From a virus: DNA of 64,000 nucleotides. The notes under the pieces were generated by a model. That model was not told the origin of the DNA. It ran no database searches and was given only the letters and a program-made list of their open reading frames with translations. Position numbers and translations under genes: made by a program. Every line of letters begins with the position of its first letter. Within the stretch, counting starts at the first letter, position 1. The stretch is taken from positions 64,814 to 128,813 of IMG/VR virus record IMGVR_UViG_3300037452_000118, one strand, 5' to 3'. Below, in pieces: positions 6,564-15,982 of the stretch.

Positions 6564-6794
6564 ATGCAGATCATCCCCAGCGGCTGCGCGTCCCCCGGCG
6601 TCGTCCTCTCGATCGCCGCGCTGGCGCCGTACTCGTTCTGGACGCGCAACGAGATGATAGGGTCGAGCAACGAGGAGATGCTGGCGGTCATGCTCAACCA
6701 GGTGCCCGCGGCGCGGATCGCCGAGATCAACGCCGCGCACGCCGCCGCGCTGAACCGGCTCGCCGGGATGCCGGTCGAGGGGAGGCCGTCGTGA
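6564..6794 (+). CDS. Hypothetical protein
   Basis: High-GC3 ORF, overlaps next gene by GTGA. Confidence 0.5.
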   Translation: MQIIPSGCASPGVVLSIAALAPYSFWTRNEMIGSSNEEMLAVMLNQVPAARIAEINAAHAAALNRLAGMPVEGRPS

Positions 6795-6988
6795 GCGCGC
6801 TGGTCCCGAAGACGGCGGCGCGGCGCAGGATGCTGATGGGCACCGCGATCTACCACGCCGGCGCCGCCCCGCACCTCTTCGGCACGATCCCGCGGGCGGT
6901 CGTCGTCCCGGAGGGGACGCCGGAGCGCGTCGTCGAGAGGCTCAGCAAGGCTCAGATCAAGGCGGCGCGGAAAGAGGAGAAGCGGTGA
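6791..6988 (+). CDS. Hypothetical protein
   Basis: GGAGG SD, GTG start, coupled to 6985. Confidence 0.55.
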   Translation: MSALVPKTAARRRMLMGTAIYHAGAAPHLFGTIPRAVVVPEGTPERVVERLSKAQIKAARKEEKR

Positions 6989-9099
6989 TGCAGCCGGCGA
7001 TGAGCACTTCGGCGAGCAGCGGCTTCCCTGCCGGCGCCAGGCAGGCCGACGACATGACGCCGGAGGGCTGGGCCGGCCTGATCGGCGGGCTGATGGAGTT
7101 CCTGGGCGAGGAGGTCAAGGAGCCGGAGCACGCCGCGGACGCGCAGCCGCACGGCGCCGGCGTCGCCTTCGTAACCCCGGAGGGGCACGCTCTGTTCCTG
7201 AAGAGGTCGGCCGCAGGGGACCACCCCAACGAATTTTGTTTTCCAGGCGGCGGCGTCGAGCCCGGCGAGAACGCCGTCGAGGCGGCGCGCCGCGAGGGCG
7301 CGGAGGAGACCGGCCACCCGACCGATGGCGAGCTGCAGCCGATCGACCGCCGCAGCACCGCTGGCGTCGACTTCATGACCTTCGCCCATCCGGTCGACGA
7401 GAAGTTCGAGCCGAAGCTCAACGGCGAGCACACCGAGCACGTCTGGGCGCCGCTCGACTCGCCGCCGTCCCCGCTGCACCCCGGCGTCGAGGCGACGCTC
7501 AAGGGCGCCGACGACTCGATGCCGGTCAAGGGCGGCAAGCAGAGCCCGTTCGACCCCGGCACCGACCCCGAGGTCAGCCTGGACGACGAGTACCGCCGCG
7601 ACGCGAAGGGCGAGTTCGCCAGCGCGGGCGAGGAGTCCGGCTCCGGCACCTCCCGCCGCGAGAGGGAGGACGGGGAGGGCCGCGGCCGGCGCCTCGACAA
7701 GGGCCGCGAGGGCGGCTCCGGCTGGTCCGAGCAGGACCTCGCCGACTACGCCGACGAGAAGCCGGAGGATGTTGCCGCCGCCGACGCGGCGAAGGAAGCG
7801 GAGCACACCGCGACGATCAAGTTCAACGGCGACTTCGACATGGCGGGGCTGCTCAAGCACCTGCACCACCTCGGCGCCATCGGCGCGTCGCGGGCGGTGG
7901 ACGCGATAGACGCCGACGACAAGCCGGTCCACTTCGGCTGGGACGGCGACGGCGCCGACAAGATCGTCGAGGCGCAGATCGACGGGAAGGACGTCCTCGC
8001 CGGCGACGAGGCGATCGACGGCATCGAGGTCGATGCTACGCACGACGGCCCGTGGATGTCGTGCATGTCCAAGGACCGGCGCCGGATGTACCGCAACAAG
8101 AATGTGCCGGCCCAAGCGGACGTCGACGGCAAGTCGGTGCCGGTCGACCCCATCCTGGCCCGCCACGAGAAGGCGGAGGTCGTCGAGCTTGAGCGGCTGC
8201 TCGCGGAGTTCAAGGAGAAGAACGGCCGCGAGCCGGACGAGGAGGAGCGCAAGGCGCTCTACCTCAAGGCCCACAAGGCGAAGGGCACGCCGGCGGAACG
8301 GGACTTCGTCGAGCAGACCTACGGCCCCGGCTTCTGGACGAAGTGGTCGGCGTGGTGCCGCGGCGAGGAGGCCAAGGTCGAGAAGATGCCGGTGACCAAC
8401 GCGCCGGCCGACGCCGATGTCAAGCCGATCCCGCACGGGCACGGCGACCTCGAGGCCGAGGACGCCGCGTGGGACGCCGCGATCGACATCGCGACGGACT
8501 GGGCGCTGCGCATGGCGCTGGACCGCGAATCGGTGCGCTCGATCGACCACGACGGCCGCCTCCACATCGAGGTCGCCAACATCTGCAAGGCGAACGTCTG
8601 CCCGTACAAGGGCGACGAGATCCCGGGATGGGAGGAGCTCGGCCTCGACCCTGACAAGATCTACCGGCTGCTGCGCGACCCCGAGGAGCTGGAGAAGGCG
8701 CTGCCCTCGGCGAACAGCCTCCAGATCCTCAAGCGCCACGTCCCGGTTAACGCGGACGACCACCAGCCGTGGGAGACCGTCGGCGCGACGGGGAGCACGG
8801 CGACGTGGGTCGCCCCTTGCATCCAGAACAGCCTCGTCATCTGGGCGCAGGACGCCATCGACGACATCGAATCGGACGCGAAGCGCGAGCTGTCGCCGGG
8901 CTACCACTACAGGCCGGACATGACGCCGGGCTCCTACCAGGGCGAGGCGCACGACGGCGTCATGCGCGAGATCAAGTTCAACCACCTCGCGCTCGTCGAG
9001 ACCGGCAGGCAGGGCGACGACGTCGTGATCGGCGACACCGACGAGGTGCTGTGGGCGATCGCGGAGCGCGCCATCACGGAATTTTTGCAGGATGTCTGA
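6985..9099 (+). CDS. Nudix hydrolase fused to DUF2213-type prohead protease
   Basis: Nudix box FPGGGVEPGENAVEAARREGAEETG; C-terminal RSIDHDGRLH..NICKANVCPY..RELSPGY..NHLALVETGRQG. Confidence 0.85.
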   Translation: MMQPAMSTSASSGFPAGARQADDMTPEGWAGLIGGLMEFLGEEVKEPEHAADAQPHGAGVAFVTPEGHALFLKRSAAGDHPNEFCFPGGGVEPGENAVEAARREGAEETGHPTDGELQPIDRRSTAGVDFMTFAHPVDEKFEPKLNGEHTEHVWAPLDSPPSPLHPGVEATLKGADDSMPVKGGKQSPFDPGTDPEVSLDDEYRRDAKGEFASAGEESGSGTSRREREDGEGRGRRLDKGREGGSGWSEQDLADYADEKPEDVAAADAAKEAEHTATIKFNGDFDMAGLLKHLHHLGAIGASRAVDAIDADDKPVHFGWDGDGADKIVEAQIDGKDVLAGDEAIDGIEVDATHDGPWMSCMSKDRRRMYRNKNVPAQADVDGKSVPVDPILARHEKAEVVELERLLAEFKEKNGREPDEEERKALYLKAHKAKGTPAERDFVEQTYGPGFWTKWSAWCRGEEAKVEKMPVTNAPADADVKPIPHGHGDLEAEDAAWDAAIDIATDWALRMALDRESVRSIDHDGRLHIEVANICKANVCPYKGDEIPGWEELGLDPDKIYRLLRDPEELEKALPSANSLQILKRHVPVNADDHQPWETVGATGSTATWVAPCIQNSLVIWAQDAIDDIESDAKRELSPGYHYRPDMTPGSYQGEAHDGVMREIKFNHLALVETGRQGDDVVIGDTDEVLWAIAERAITEFLQDV

Positions 9100-9304
9100 A
9101 GTCGTGGTAATCGACGTGAAAACCCTGCGTTTGCGGCTGCAACTGACGCAGGAGCAGTTCGCGTTGCGCTTCGGATTCAACGTCACGACCTTGCGCCAAT
9201 GGGAGCAGGGACGCCGCTGTCCGGACAGAGCAGCTAGGGCCTTCCTCGCCGTCATCGCGCACTCCCCCGAGATCGTGAGCGACGCGCTCCGCGCGGCATC
9301 TTGA
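9092..9304 (+). CDS. XRE-family HTH protein (HigA/MqsA antitoxin-like)
   Basis: LRLRLQLTQEQFALRFGFNVTTLRQWEQGRRCP. Confidence 0.85.
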   Translation: MSEVVVIDVKTLRLRLQLTQEQFALRFGFNVTTLRQWEQGRRCPDRAARAFLAVIAHSPEIVSDALRAAS

Positions 9305-9405
9305 GCGCCGCCGCCCGCGCTAATGCAATGACGCACTATCGAATTTAGAAAAAATGCGTCATTCATAGCCGAAGTCTTTTTCTTCGGGATGCAGGACGCC
9401 GCCCA

Positions 9406-10521
9406 GTGACCACCAAGCTCGGTGCAGCCCTCCGCGAGAAGTTCGGCGACCCGAAGAAGTTGCTGGAGGCCCTCGGCCTCGACGAGAGCGTCCTCGACGC
9501 GCGCAAAACGGAGAGCCACATGTCGACGAAGCCGACGCGCCTTGCCTACGCGGTCCTCATGAATACCGCCCGCGCCGTCAACCCGCTCCTGGCCTTCGAC
9601 GCCCAGGTCGACTACGCGCCGATCGTGGCCGGGCTGACGATGAAGAACTTCAAGGCGCGGAAACCGGAGATCGTCAAGCAGCTCGGCGCCGCGCTCAAGG
9701 GCAAGCTGGCGATCGACGAGGGCGTCACAATGGGCCACGTCGGCAAGATGCTCGACCACATCGAGAAGGAGGGCATGTCGAAGCCCGAATCGCTCGACGA
9801 GTCGGTATCGCCGGAGCAGCACGGCGCGATGGAGGCGGCCGCGCACGGCCACTCCAACCTCGGCATCCCCAAGGACGTCGGCAAGGAGTTTGCCGACGCC
9901 GACAAGGGCAAGACGTTCGACGCCGGCGGCCTGGAGAACCTCAAGGGGTTCCTGAAGTCCAAGGGCGTCAGCGACGAGGACATCGCGACGGGCTGCGACA
10001 TGATGTTCAAGAAGACCGTCGGCGACGCCGAGGCCGGCAAGGAAGACAAGGAAGAGCGCGAGAGCGCCCAGGCCGCCGTCGGCGACGAGACGCCGGAGGA
10101 GAAGGCCGCCCGAGAGAAGAAAGAGGGCGAGGACAAGGCCGCCAAGGACGCCGCCGACAAGGCCGCGCGCGACAACATGGTCACCAAGGACGAGATGAAC
10201 AAGTCGATCTCCGCCGCCGTGAGGGCGTCGCGCGAGAACGACCGCCAGACCTTCGCCGCGCTGGAGGACGTCCGCCCCTACGTCGGCGAGCTCAAGGGCA
10301 TGACCTTCGACAGCGCCGAGAAGGTCTACAGCCACGCGCTCAAGACGCTCGGCGTCAAGGTCGACGGCGTCCACCCGTCCGCGTTCAAGACGATCCTCGA
10401 CCTGCAGCCGAAGCCCGGCGCGAGGCCGGCGCACGTCGCGCAGGACGCCGCGATCGACGCGACGGCGCGCAGCGACTTCAACACGATGTTCCCGGGCGCG
10501 GCCCGCATCCAGGCGGGCTGA
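9406..10521 (+). CDS. Capsid scaffold-like protein
   Basis: Acidic helical protein between protease and capsid genes; VRPYVGEL..FDSAEKVY..AL motif. Confidence 0.7.
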   Translation: MTTKLGAALREKFGDPKKLLEALGLDESVLDARKTESHMSTKPTRLAYAVLMNTARAVNPLLAFDAQVDYAPIVAGLTMKNFKARKPEIVKQLGAALKGKLAIDEGVTMGHVGKMLDHIEKEGMSKPESLDESVSPEQHGAMEAAAHGHSNLGIPKDVGKEFADADKGKTFDAGGLENLKGFLKSKGVSDEDIATGCDMMFKKTVGDAEAGKEDKEERESAQAAVGDETPEEKAAREKKEGEDKAAKDAADKAARDNMVTKDEMNKSISAAVRASRENDRQTFAALEDVRPYVGELKGMTFDSAEKVYSHALKTLGVKVDGVHPSAFKTILDLQPKPGARPAHVAQDAAIDATARSDFNTMFPGAARIQAG

Positions 10522-10530
10522 AAGGCAAAA

Positions 10531-11217
10531 ATGAGCCCCGACGCGAACTTCTACGTCTACGCTTACCTCCGCCCCGACGGGCGCCCCTGCTACGTCGGCA
10601 AGGGGAAGGGCAAGCGTTGGCAGCATCGGGGAAAGTGCGGGCGCAACAAGCATTTCCTGAGCATCCGCGCGCAGGCCAAGGCCGCGGGCATGGAGATGCC
10701 CTGCATCAAACTCGTCGAGGGCTTGACGGACGAGCAGGCCAAGCAGATCGAGCGCGACCTTATCTTGCTCATCGGTCGCGAGGCCAACGGCGGTCCGCTC
10801 GTCAATCTGACGGACGGCGGGGACGGGGCGTCGGGCTACAAGCCGACCCCGGAAACGTTGGCGAAGCATAGCGCGAACCGAAAGGGCCGCACTCTTTCGC
10901 CGGAGTGGTGCGCCGCGATCAGCGCCGCGATGCCGAAGACCAAAGCCCCAGAACACGTTGCGAGTCAGGCCGCCAGCCAACGCGGCGGCACCAAAAAAAG
11001 CGGCTGGTGGTCTACTGAGGAAGGCCGCGCGAAACAACGAGCCAACAACCCCGGACATACCGGACATCACCACTCGCCGGAGACTAAGGAAATCATTCGT
11101 CGCGCTACCATACGGCAGAACGCGCGCAGAGCGGTGATCACTTCACCCGCTTGGATGATCCAAAACGCGGTCCGGTATCCTCAGCCTACGGCTGTTTGCA
11201 CAGGAGAAATTCGATGA
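10531..11217 (+). CDS. GIY-YIG homing endonuclease with NUMOD3-like repeats
   Basis: FYVYAYL..CYVGKG..R, LVNLTDGGDG, GHHHSPETKEII. Confidence 0.85.
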   Translation: MSPDANFYVYAYLRPDGRPCYVGKGKGKRWQHRGKCGRNKHFLSIRAQAKAAGMEMPCIKLVEGLTDEQAKQIERDLILLIGREANGGPLVNLTDGGDGASGYKPTPETLAKHSANRKGRTLSPEWCAAISAAMPKTKAPEHVASQAASQRGGTKKSGWWSTEEGRAKQRANNPGHTGHHHSPETKEIIRRATIRQNARRAVITSPAWMIQNAVRYPQPTAVCTGEIR

Positions 11218-12191
11218 GCGGTTCTGGTGGATTCCAGCAGCAGGCGTTCCCCCAACCTTCTATGGCGGTGGCGGGCGACTTCGCCAGCCAGAACCCGTAC
11301 TTCACCTACGACGCCGGCCCCGGCGGCCTCGTCGCCGGCGTCGGCGGCCTGACGGTCGGGCGCTTCGCCTGGGCCTACCCGCCGTCGGACCCCGACGGCA
11401 CGCCGACGATCGCGCTGAACTCCGGCAGCGGCCCGGTCTCCGGCTTCGTCCACCGCGAGCAGCAGGCGCTCATCACGCCCTACCTCGCCGTCGCCTCGCA
11501 GGTCGTCCCGGTGGGCTACGAGGCCACGCTGTGCACCGGCGGCGACTTCTGGGTGGTCAACGACGGCACCTCGCAGGCGCTCCCGCAGAGCCCCGGCCAG
11601 GCGGCGATGAAGGCCTACGCCAACCTCGCCACCGGCAAGGTCAGTTTCGCGCTGACCGGCGCGCCGACGAACGCGGCGACCTCGACGGCGTCCTCGATCG
11701 CCGCGGCGTCCTCGACGTTCACCGGCTCGATCACCGGCAACGTGCTGACGGTCACCACGGCGCCGACGACGACGCTCCAGCCCGGCGCGACGATCACCGG
11801 CACCGCGGGCACCATCCCGGCGACGACGCAGATCGTCTCGCAGCTCAGCGGCTCCGTCGGCGGCATCGGCACCTACCTTCTCAACAACCCGGAGGGCAAC
11901 TACGCCTCCGGGCCGCTCACGGCGACGTGGGGCATCCTCACCGTCGGCGGCTCCGTCACCGGCACCTTCGCGGTGGGCGAGACGCTGTCCGGCACCGGCG
12001 TGGCGGCGAACACCAACATCACGGCGCTCGGCACCGGCACCGGCGGCGCCGGCACCTACTACGTCAACAACAACGCCGTGGTGGGGTCGTCCACGATCAA
12101 CGTCGTCGGCAACGTCGAGACGAAGTGGATCGCGATGTCGAGCGGCCTGCCCGGCGAGCTCGTCAAGATCAGCGATCACGCCCTCGGGTAA
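11214..12191 (+). CDS. Capsid decoration/cement protein with two inserted repeat modules
   Basis: AGGAG SD; FQQQ..AVAGDFASQNP..GFVHREQQALI..GDFWV..ETKW..GELVKIS; directly upstream of the capsid gene. Confidence 0.75.
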   Translation: MSGSGGFQQQAFPQPSMAVAGDFASQNPYFTYDAGPGGLVAGVGGLTVGRFAWAYPPSDPDGTPTIALNSGSGPVSGFVHREQQALITPYLAVASQVVPVGYEATLCTGGDFWVVNDGTSQALPQSPGQAAMKAYANLATGKVSFALTGAPTNAATSTASSIAAASSTFTGSITGNVLTVTTAPTTTLQPGATITGTAGTIPATTQIVSQLSGSVGGIGTYLLNNPEGNYASGPLTATWGILTVGGSVTGTFAVGETLSGTGVAANTNITALGTGTGGAGTYYVNNNAVVGSSTINVVGNVETKWIAMSSGLPGELVKISDHALG

Positions 12192-12233
12192 CAGAGCTGA
12201 TTTGACCCTGGGATCAAAATAGGAGCAACGGCG

Positions 12234-13328
12234 ATGAATTTGCAGGAAGCCCGGACGAAGTTCCAAGAGCACAAGCCGATGCTCGAGGAGCGGGGCGTCT
12301 TCCTCCCCGGCGTCACGATGTACCTGCCGGACGAGTGGAAGAAGGACTGGCGGCTCGCGATGGACGCGCAGCCGACGCTGTCCACGGACCCCAGCTCGGG
12401 CATCCCGTCGCTGCTGACGACGGTCATCGACCCGAAGGTCATCCGCATCGTCTTCACGCCGCTGAACTTCGCCAAGATCCTCGGCGAGCAGAAGGCCGGC
12501 GACTGGCTCGAGGAGACCCGCATCTTCCCGGTCATCGAGGAGACCGGCGAGGTGTCGAGCTACGGCGACTTCAACAACAACGGCCGCGCCGGCGTCAACC
12601 TGAACTTCCCGAACTTCCAGGCCTACCTCTTCCAGACCTTCGTCCGCTACGGCGAGCGCGAGCTGGAGAGGGCCGGGCTGGCGAAGATCAACTACGTCTC
12701 CGAGCTCAACGTCTCGGCGTCGGACCTGCTGAACCGGTACCAGAACCTCAGCTACGCCTTCGGCATCAACGGGCTGCAGAGCTACGGCATCATCAACAAC
12801 CCGTTCCTGTCGGCCTACATCACCCCGGCCACCAAGGCGAACGGCGGCACGGCGTGGTTCACCGCGGGCGGCGCGCCGAACGCCACGGCGAACGAGGTCT
12901 ACAACGACGTCGTCGCGCTGTTCAACAAGCTGATCTCGCTGACCAACGGCACGGTCGAGCTCGACGCCAAGTGCACGCTCGTGATGGCGCCGATCTCGGC
13001 GCTGGCGCTGCGCTTCGCCAACACCTTCGGCGTCTACGTGAAGGACCTCCTCAAGGAGGGCTTCCCGAACATGGAGGTCATGACGGCGCCGCAGTACGGC
13101 CAGAACACCTCGACCAACCCGCAGGGCTACTCCGCGGCCGGCAACGCGATGCAGCTGATCGTCAAGGACATCGCCGGCCAGGAGGTAGCCTACGCGGCCT
13201 TCAACGAGAAGCTCCGCGCCCACAAGATCATCCCGGAGCCGTCCGCCTGGCAGCAGAAGATGACGTCCGGCACCTGGGGGACCATCACCAGGATCCCGAT
13301 GGGCGTCGTCGGGATGCTCGGCATCTGA
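12234..13328 (+). CDS. Major capsid protein (DUF2184-like)
   Basis: AMDAQPTL, GEVSSYGD, YGERELERAG, EKLRAH, QKMTSGTWG; position and strong codon bias. Confidence 0.9.
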   Translation: MNLQEARTKFQEHKPMLEERGVFLPGVTMYLPDEWKKDWRLAMDAQPTLSTDPSSGIPSLLTTVIDPKVIRIVFTPLNFAKILGEQKAGDWLEETRIFPVIEETGEVSSYGDFNNNGRAGVNLNFPNFQAYLFQTFVRYGERELERAGLAKINYVSELNVSASDLLNRYQNLSYAFGINGLQSYGIINNPFLSAYITPATKANGGTAWFTAGGAPNATANEVYNDVVALFNKLISLTNGTVELDAKCTLVMAPISALALRFANTFGVYVKDLLKEGFPNMEVMTAPQYGQNTSTNPQGYSAAGNAMQLIVKDIAGQEVAYAAFNEKLRAHKIIPEPSAWQQKMTSGTWGTITRIPMGVVGMLGI

Positions 13329-13355
13329 TCTTTTCGACCCGGCCTGCCTGGCTGA

Positions 13356-13385
13356 GGCCGCCCCTGCGAATCGGGGGCGGCTTTT
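13356..13385 (+). terminator. Rho-independent terminator after the capsid gene
   Basis: GCCGCCCC/GGGGCGGC stem followed by TTTT. Confidence 0.7.
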
Positions 13386-13462
13386 CCGTTCGCTGGTGAC
13401 AAAGCCCGCGCGACGGAGTATGGGTGAACCCCAGTGGAAACCCGCGATCCGGAGAATCACCG

Positions 13463-14035
13463 ATGGCGACGCCGAAGAGGAAGCAGCCGACCCCCGCCGC
13501 GAAGTCGGTCATCGACGCCCCCCACGTACCGCCGGCCGCGCGGCCGACCCGCTCCTACGCCGGCGGCAAGGTGACGGTCTGCAGCAAGCTCCCCTTCGCG
13601 CTGGAGCTCCAGCTCTGCGAGCCGACGCAGGTCCAGATGCGCTACAAGCAAGAGGCTTGGTTCGAGCAGGTCTTCGCCAAGACCGGACCCGTCGTCGTGA
13701 TCCAGGGCACCAACTACCCGATCGGCGCGCCGCCGGAGGGCGTTGTGTGGCCGGAGCGGCCGACGATGGCCGGCGGCTACGCGCTGACGTTCGGCGTCGA
13801 CGCCGACTTCTTCGAGGTTTGGCTGGAGCAGAACAAGACGACCGACATGGTCAAGAACAAGATGATCTTCGCCCAGGAGAAGGTCGATGACGCCAAGGCC
13901 GAGGCGGTCGAGAACAAGTCGCGCGACAGCGGCTTCGGCCCGCTGCGGCCGGACAATGACAAGCGGATGCCGAAGAAGACCCGCGTCAACCCGATGAGCC
14001 GGCCGGCGGAAGACGCGCTGCTCGCCGACGCCTGA
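13463..14035 (+). CDS. Conserved head-region protein
   Basis: GGAG SD; VTVCSKLP..GGYALTFGVDADFFEVWLEQNK; synteny. Confidence 0.75.
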   Translation: MATPKRKQPTPAAKSVIDAPHVPPAARPTRSYAGGKVTVCSKLPFALELQLCEPTQVQMRYKQEAWFEQVFAKTGPVVVIQGTNYPIGAPPEGVVWPERPTMAGGYALTFGVDADFFEVWLEQNKTTDMVKNKMIFAQEKVDDAKAEAVENKSRDSGFGPLRPDNDKRMPKKTRVNPMSRPAEDALLADA

Positions 14036-14048
14036 CGGGAGGGGCCAG

Positions 14049-14543
14049 ATGGGTCCCCCGGCCGCGCCGACGGTCACCTTCGACCCCGCGGCCTTCATCG
14101 CCGCTTTCCCGGACTTCGCCGGCTGCTCCGCGCCGCAGCTGCAGGGCTACTTCAACCGGGCGACGCTGCTGTTCGCCAACGCCGGCTGGACCGGGGCGCT
14201 GCCGCAGGCGGCGACGCTCCTCGACCTCCTCACCGCCCACATCGCCTGGCTCAACGCGCCGCGCGACGCCAACGACAACCCGTCCTCGCAGGGCCAGCCG
14301 GCGTCCCCGCTGGTCGGCCGCGTCACCAACGCCAGCGAGGGCTCCGTCTCCGTGCAGGTCGACATGGGCGAGGCCGACGCCGGCAGCCCGTCGCAGGCAT
14401 ATTTTATGCAGACCAAGTGGGGGGCGGAATTTTGGGCCGCGACCGCCCAATTCCGCACCGCGTTCCCGGTCATCAGGCCCCGCGTCGCGCCCGGGCTCGC
14501 CGGCAGCTACCCGTTCTTCCCGCGCGGCAGGCGCATCTACTGA
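14049..14543 (+). CDS. Head-tail adaptor (DUF4054-like)
   Basis: FIAAFPDF..LLTAHIA..VGRVTNASEGSVSV..QTKWGAEFW. Confidence 0.85.
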   Translation: MGPPAAPTVTFDPAAFIAAFPDFAGCSAPQLQGYFNRATLLFANAGWTGALPQAATLLDLLTAHIAWLNAPRDANDNPSSQGQPASPLVGRVTNASEGSVSVQVDMGEADAGSPSQAYFMQTKWGAEFWAATAQFRTAFPVIRPRVAPGLAGSYPFFPRGRRIY

Positions 14544-14557
14544 GGGAGGCCGTGGCG

Positions 14558-14755
14558 ATGGCCGAGGCCATGAAGAGTCACCGCTTCGTGTGCGCGGCCT
14601 GCCGCGCCGAGACCGTCGTCAAGAACTCCCTCTACGCGGCGGCGAACGTCGCGGTCGGGGCGCTGGGATGGGGGATCGGGCGCCACCCGAAGCAGCCCGG
14701 CGACTTCTGCCTGCAGTGCCCGAAGTGCTTGGCGCCCGCCGCAGAGGCGGCCTGA
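14558..14755 (+). CDS. Small Zn-ribbon-like protein
   Basis: GGAGG SD; CAAC...CPKC. Confidence 0.55.
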   Translation: MAEAMKSHRFVCAACRAETVVKNSLYAAANVAVGALGWGIGRHPKQPGDFCLQCPKCLAPAAEAA

Positions 14756-14792
14756 GATGGCGACGATCAGAAAGCCATGATAAACTCCGCAG

Positions 14793-15530
14793 ATGATCGC
14801 ACTCCGCAATCGCGCTGGTATTTATCGGATCCGGATTGATCGTCCCGGATTGCCGCCGAAGTTCTACATCGGCCAAGCCGCCAAGTTTCGCGTTCGCAAA
14901 GCAACTCATTTTCGAGATTTGCGCAAAAATAAGCATTGCAACTCATTTTTGCAGAGAGCTTATTTGAAGTATGGCGAAAATGCTTTCAGTTTCGAAATTA
15001 TAATAGTCTGTCCAAAAGACAAAGAAATGCTGAACTTCTATGAACAATTGATTTTGGATACTTATGATGGAGCGATTGTCTACAATATTCTTCGAGAATG
15101 CGTATATTCCAATCTCGGTCGATCACAGTCGGCGATTACTCGTCAAAAAATTTCAACGAAACTTACAGGACTCAAACGAACAGAAGAATATCGCGAAGAG
15201 TGCAGAAAGCGCCAGATTGAGCGTATGAGCGACCAATCGAAACGTGATGCTATAGCTGAAAAAGTCCGCAAGATTATGGAAGATCCAGAACGTAGAGAAT
15301 CTGCGGCTCAATTGCTGCGTAGCATGCGATCATCGCCAGAGCATATGGATTTTATGAGGTCATTTCTTATTGGTCGCACGGTACCGCAGGAACAAATTGA
15401 TCGGGCGCGGGAAACATTCAAGAAAAATTATATTCCAAGGCCGGGACGAAAACTATCCGCAGAAGAAATTGCTCGGCGACAGGCTACACGACTAGCTAAT
15501 CGTCAAGCACAAGGGATTGACAGGTATTAA
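14793..15530 (+). CDS. GIY-YIG homing endonuclease
   Basis: GIYRI..FYIGQA..R..HCNSFLQRAYLKYG; low GC. Confidence 0.9.
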   Translation: MIALRNRAGIYRIRIDRPGLPPKFYIGQAAKFRVRKATHFRDLRKNKHCNSFLQRAYLKYGENAFSFEIIIVCPKDKEMLNFYEQLILDTYDGAIVYNILRECVYSNLGRSQSAITRQKISTKLTGLKRTEEYREECRKRQIERMSDQSKRDAIAEKVRKIMEDPERRESAAQLLRSMRSSPEHMDFMRSFLIGRTVPQEQIDRARETFKKNYIPRPGRKLSAEEIARRQATRLANRQAQGIDRY

Positions 15531-15532
15531 AG

Positions 15533-15982
15533 ATGGCTAAAATTGTAGGAGGGCAAAAATTGGCCGCGGCGCTGGCCAAAATCTCGAAGGGCGTGAGCCA
15601 GCCGGCGGTGCTCCGGGTCGGATTTTTGGCCGGCGGAACTTATCCTGACGGCACTTCGATCCCGCTTGTCGCCGCTGTCAACGAATTTGGTGCGCCGTCG
15701 CGCGGGCAGCCACCTCGGCCGGCGTTCCGCAATATGGTTGCGGCCAAAAAGGGGGAATGGCCATCGGCTATTGCCGGCCTTTTGAAAGCCAATGATTACG
15801 ATGCTGTAAAGACGCTGCAACAGGCTGGCGAGGCCATTGCCGGGCAGCTCAAGCAGTCTATTATACAGATTACCTCTCCTCCTCTGAAACCGAGTACGAT
15901 CAAGAGGAAAGGGTTCGACAAGCCTTGGATAGAGACGGGGCACCTCCTTAACTCCGTCGCGTATGAGGTCAAGACAAAATGA
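15533..15982 (+). CDS. Neck/tail-completion protein
   Basis: LRVGFL..YPDGT..NEFG..PPRP..KGFDKPWIETGHL; synteny. Confidence 0.8.
   Translation: MAKIVGGQKLAAALAKISKGVSQPAVLRVGFLAGGTYPDGTSIPLVAAVNEFGAPSRGQPPRPAFRNMVAAKKGEWPSAIAGLLKANDYDAVKTLQQAGEAIAGQLKQSIIQITSPPLKPSTIKRKGFDKPWIETGHLLNSVAYEVKTK

Noticed and set aside
6952-13460. Very long minus-strand ORFs (1373 aa, 759 aa), and similar ones at 30235-34538
   Set aside because: Antisense shadows of GC3-rich plus-strand genes; no motifs, Arg/Gly/Ala-biased
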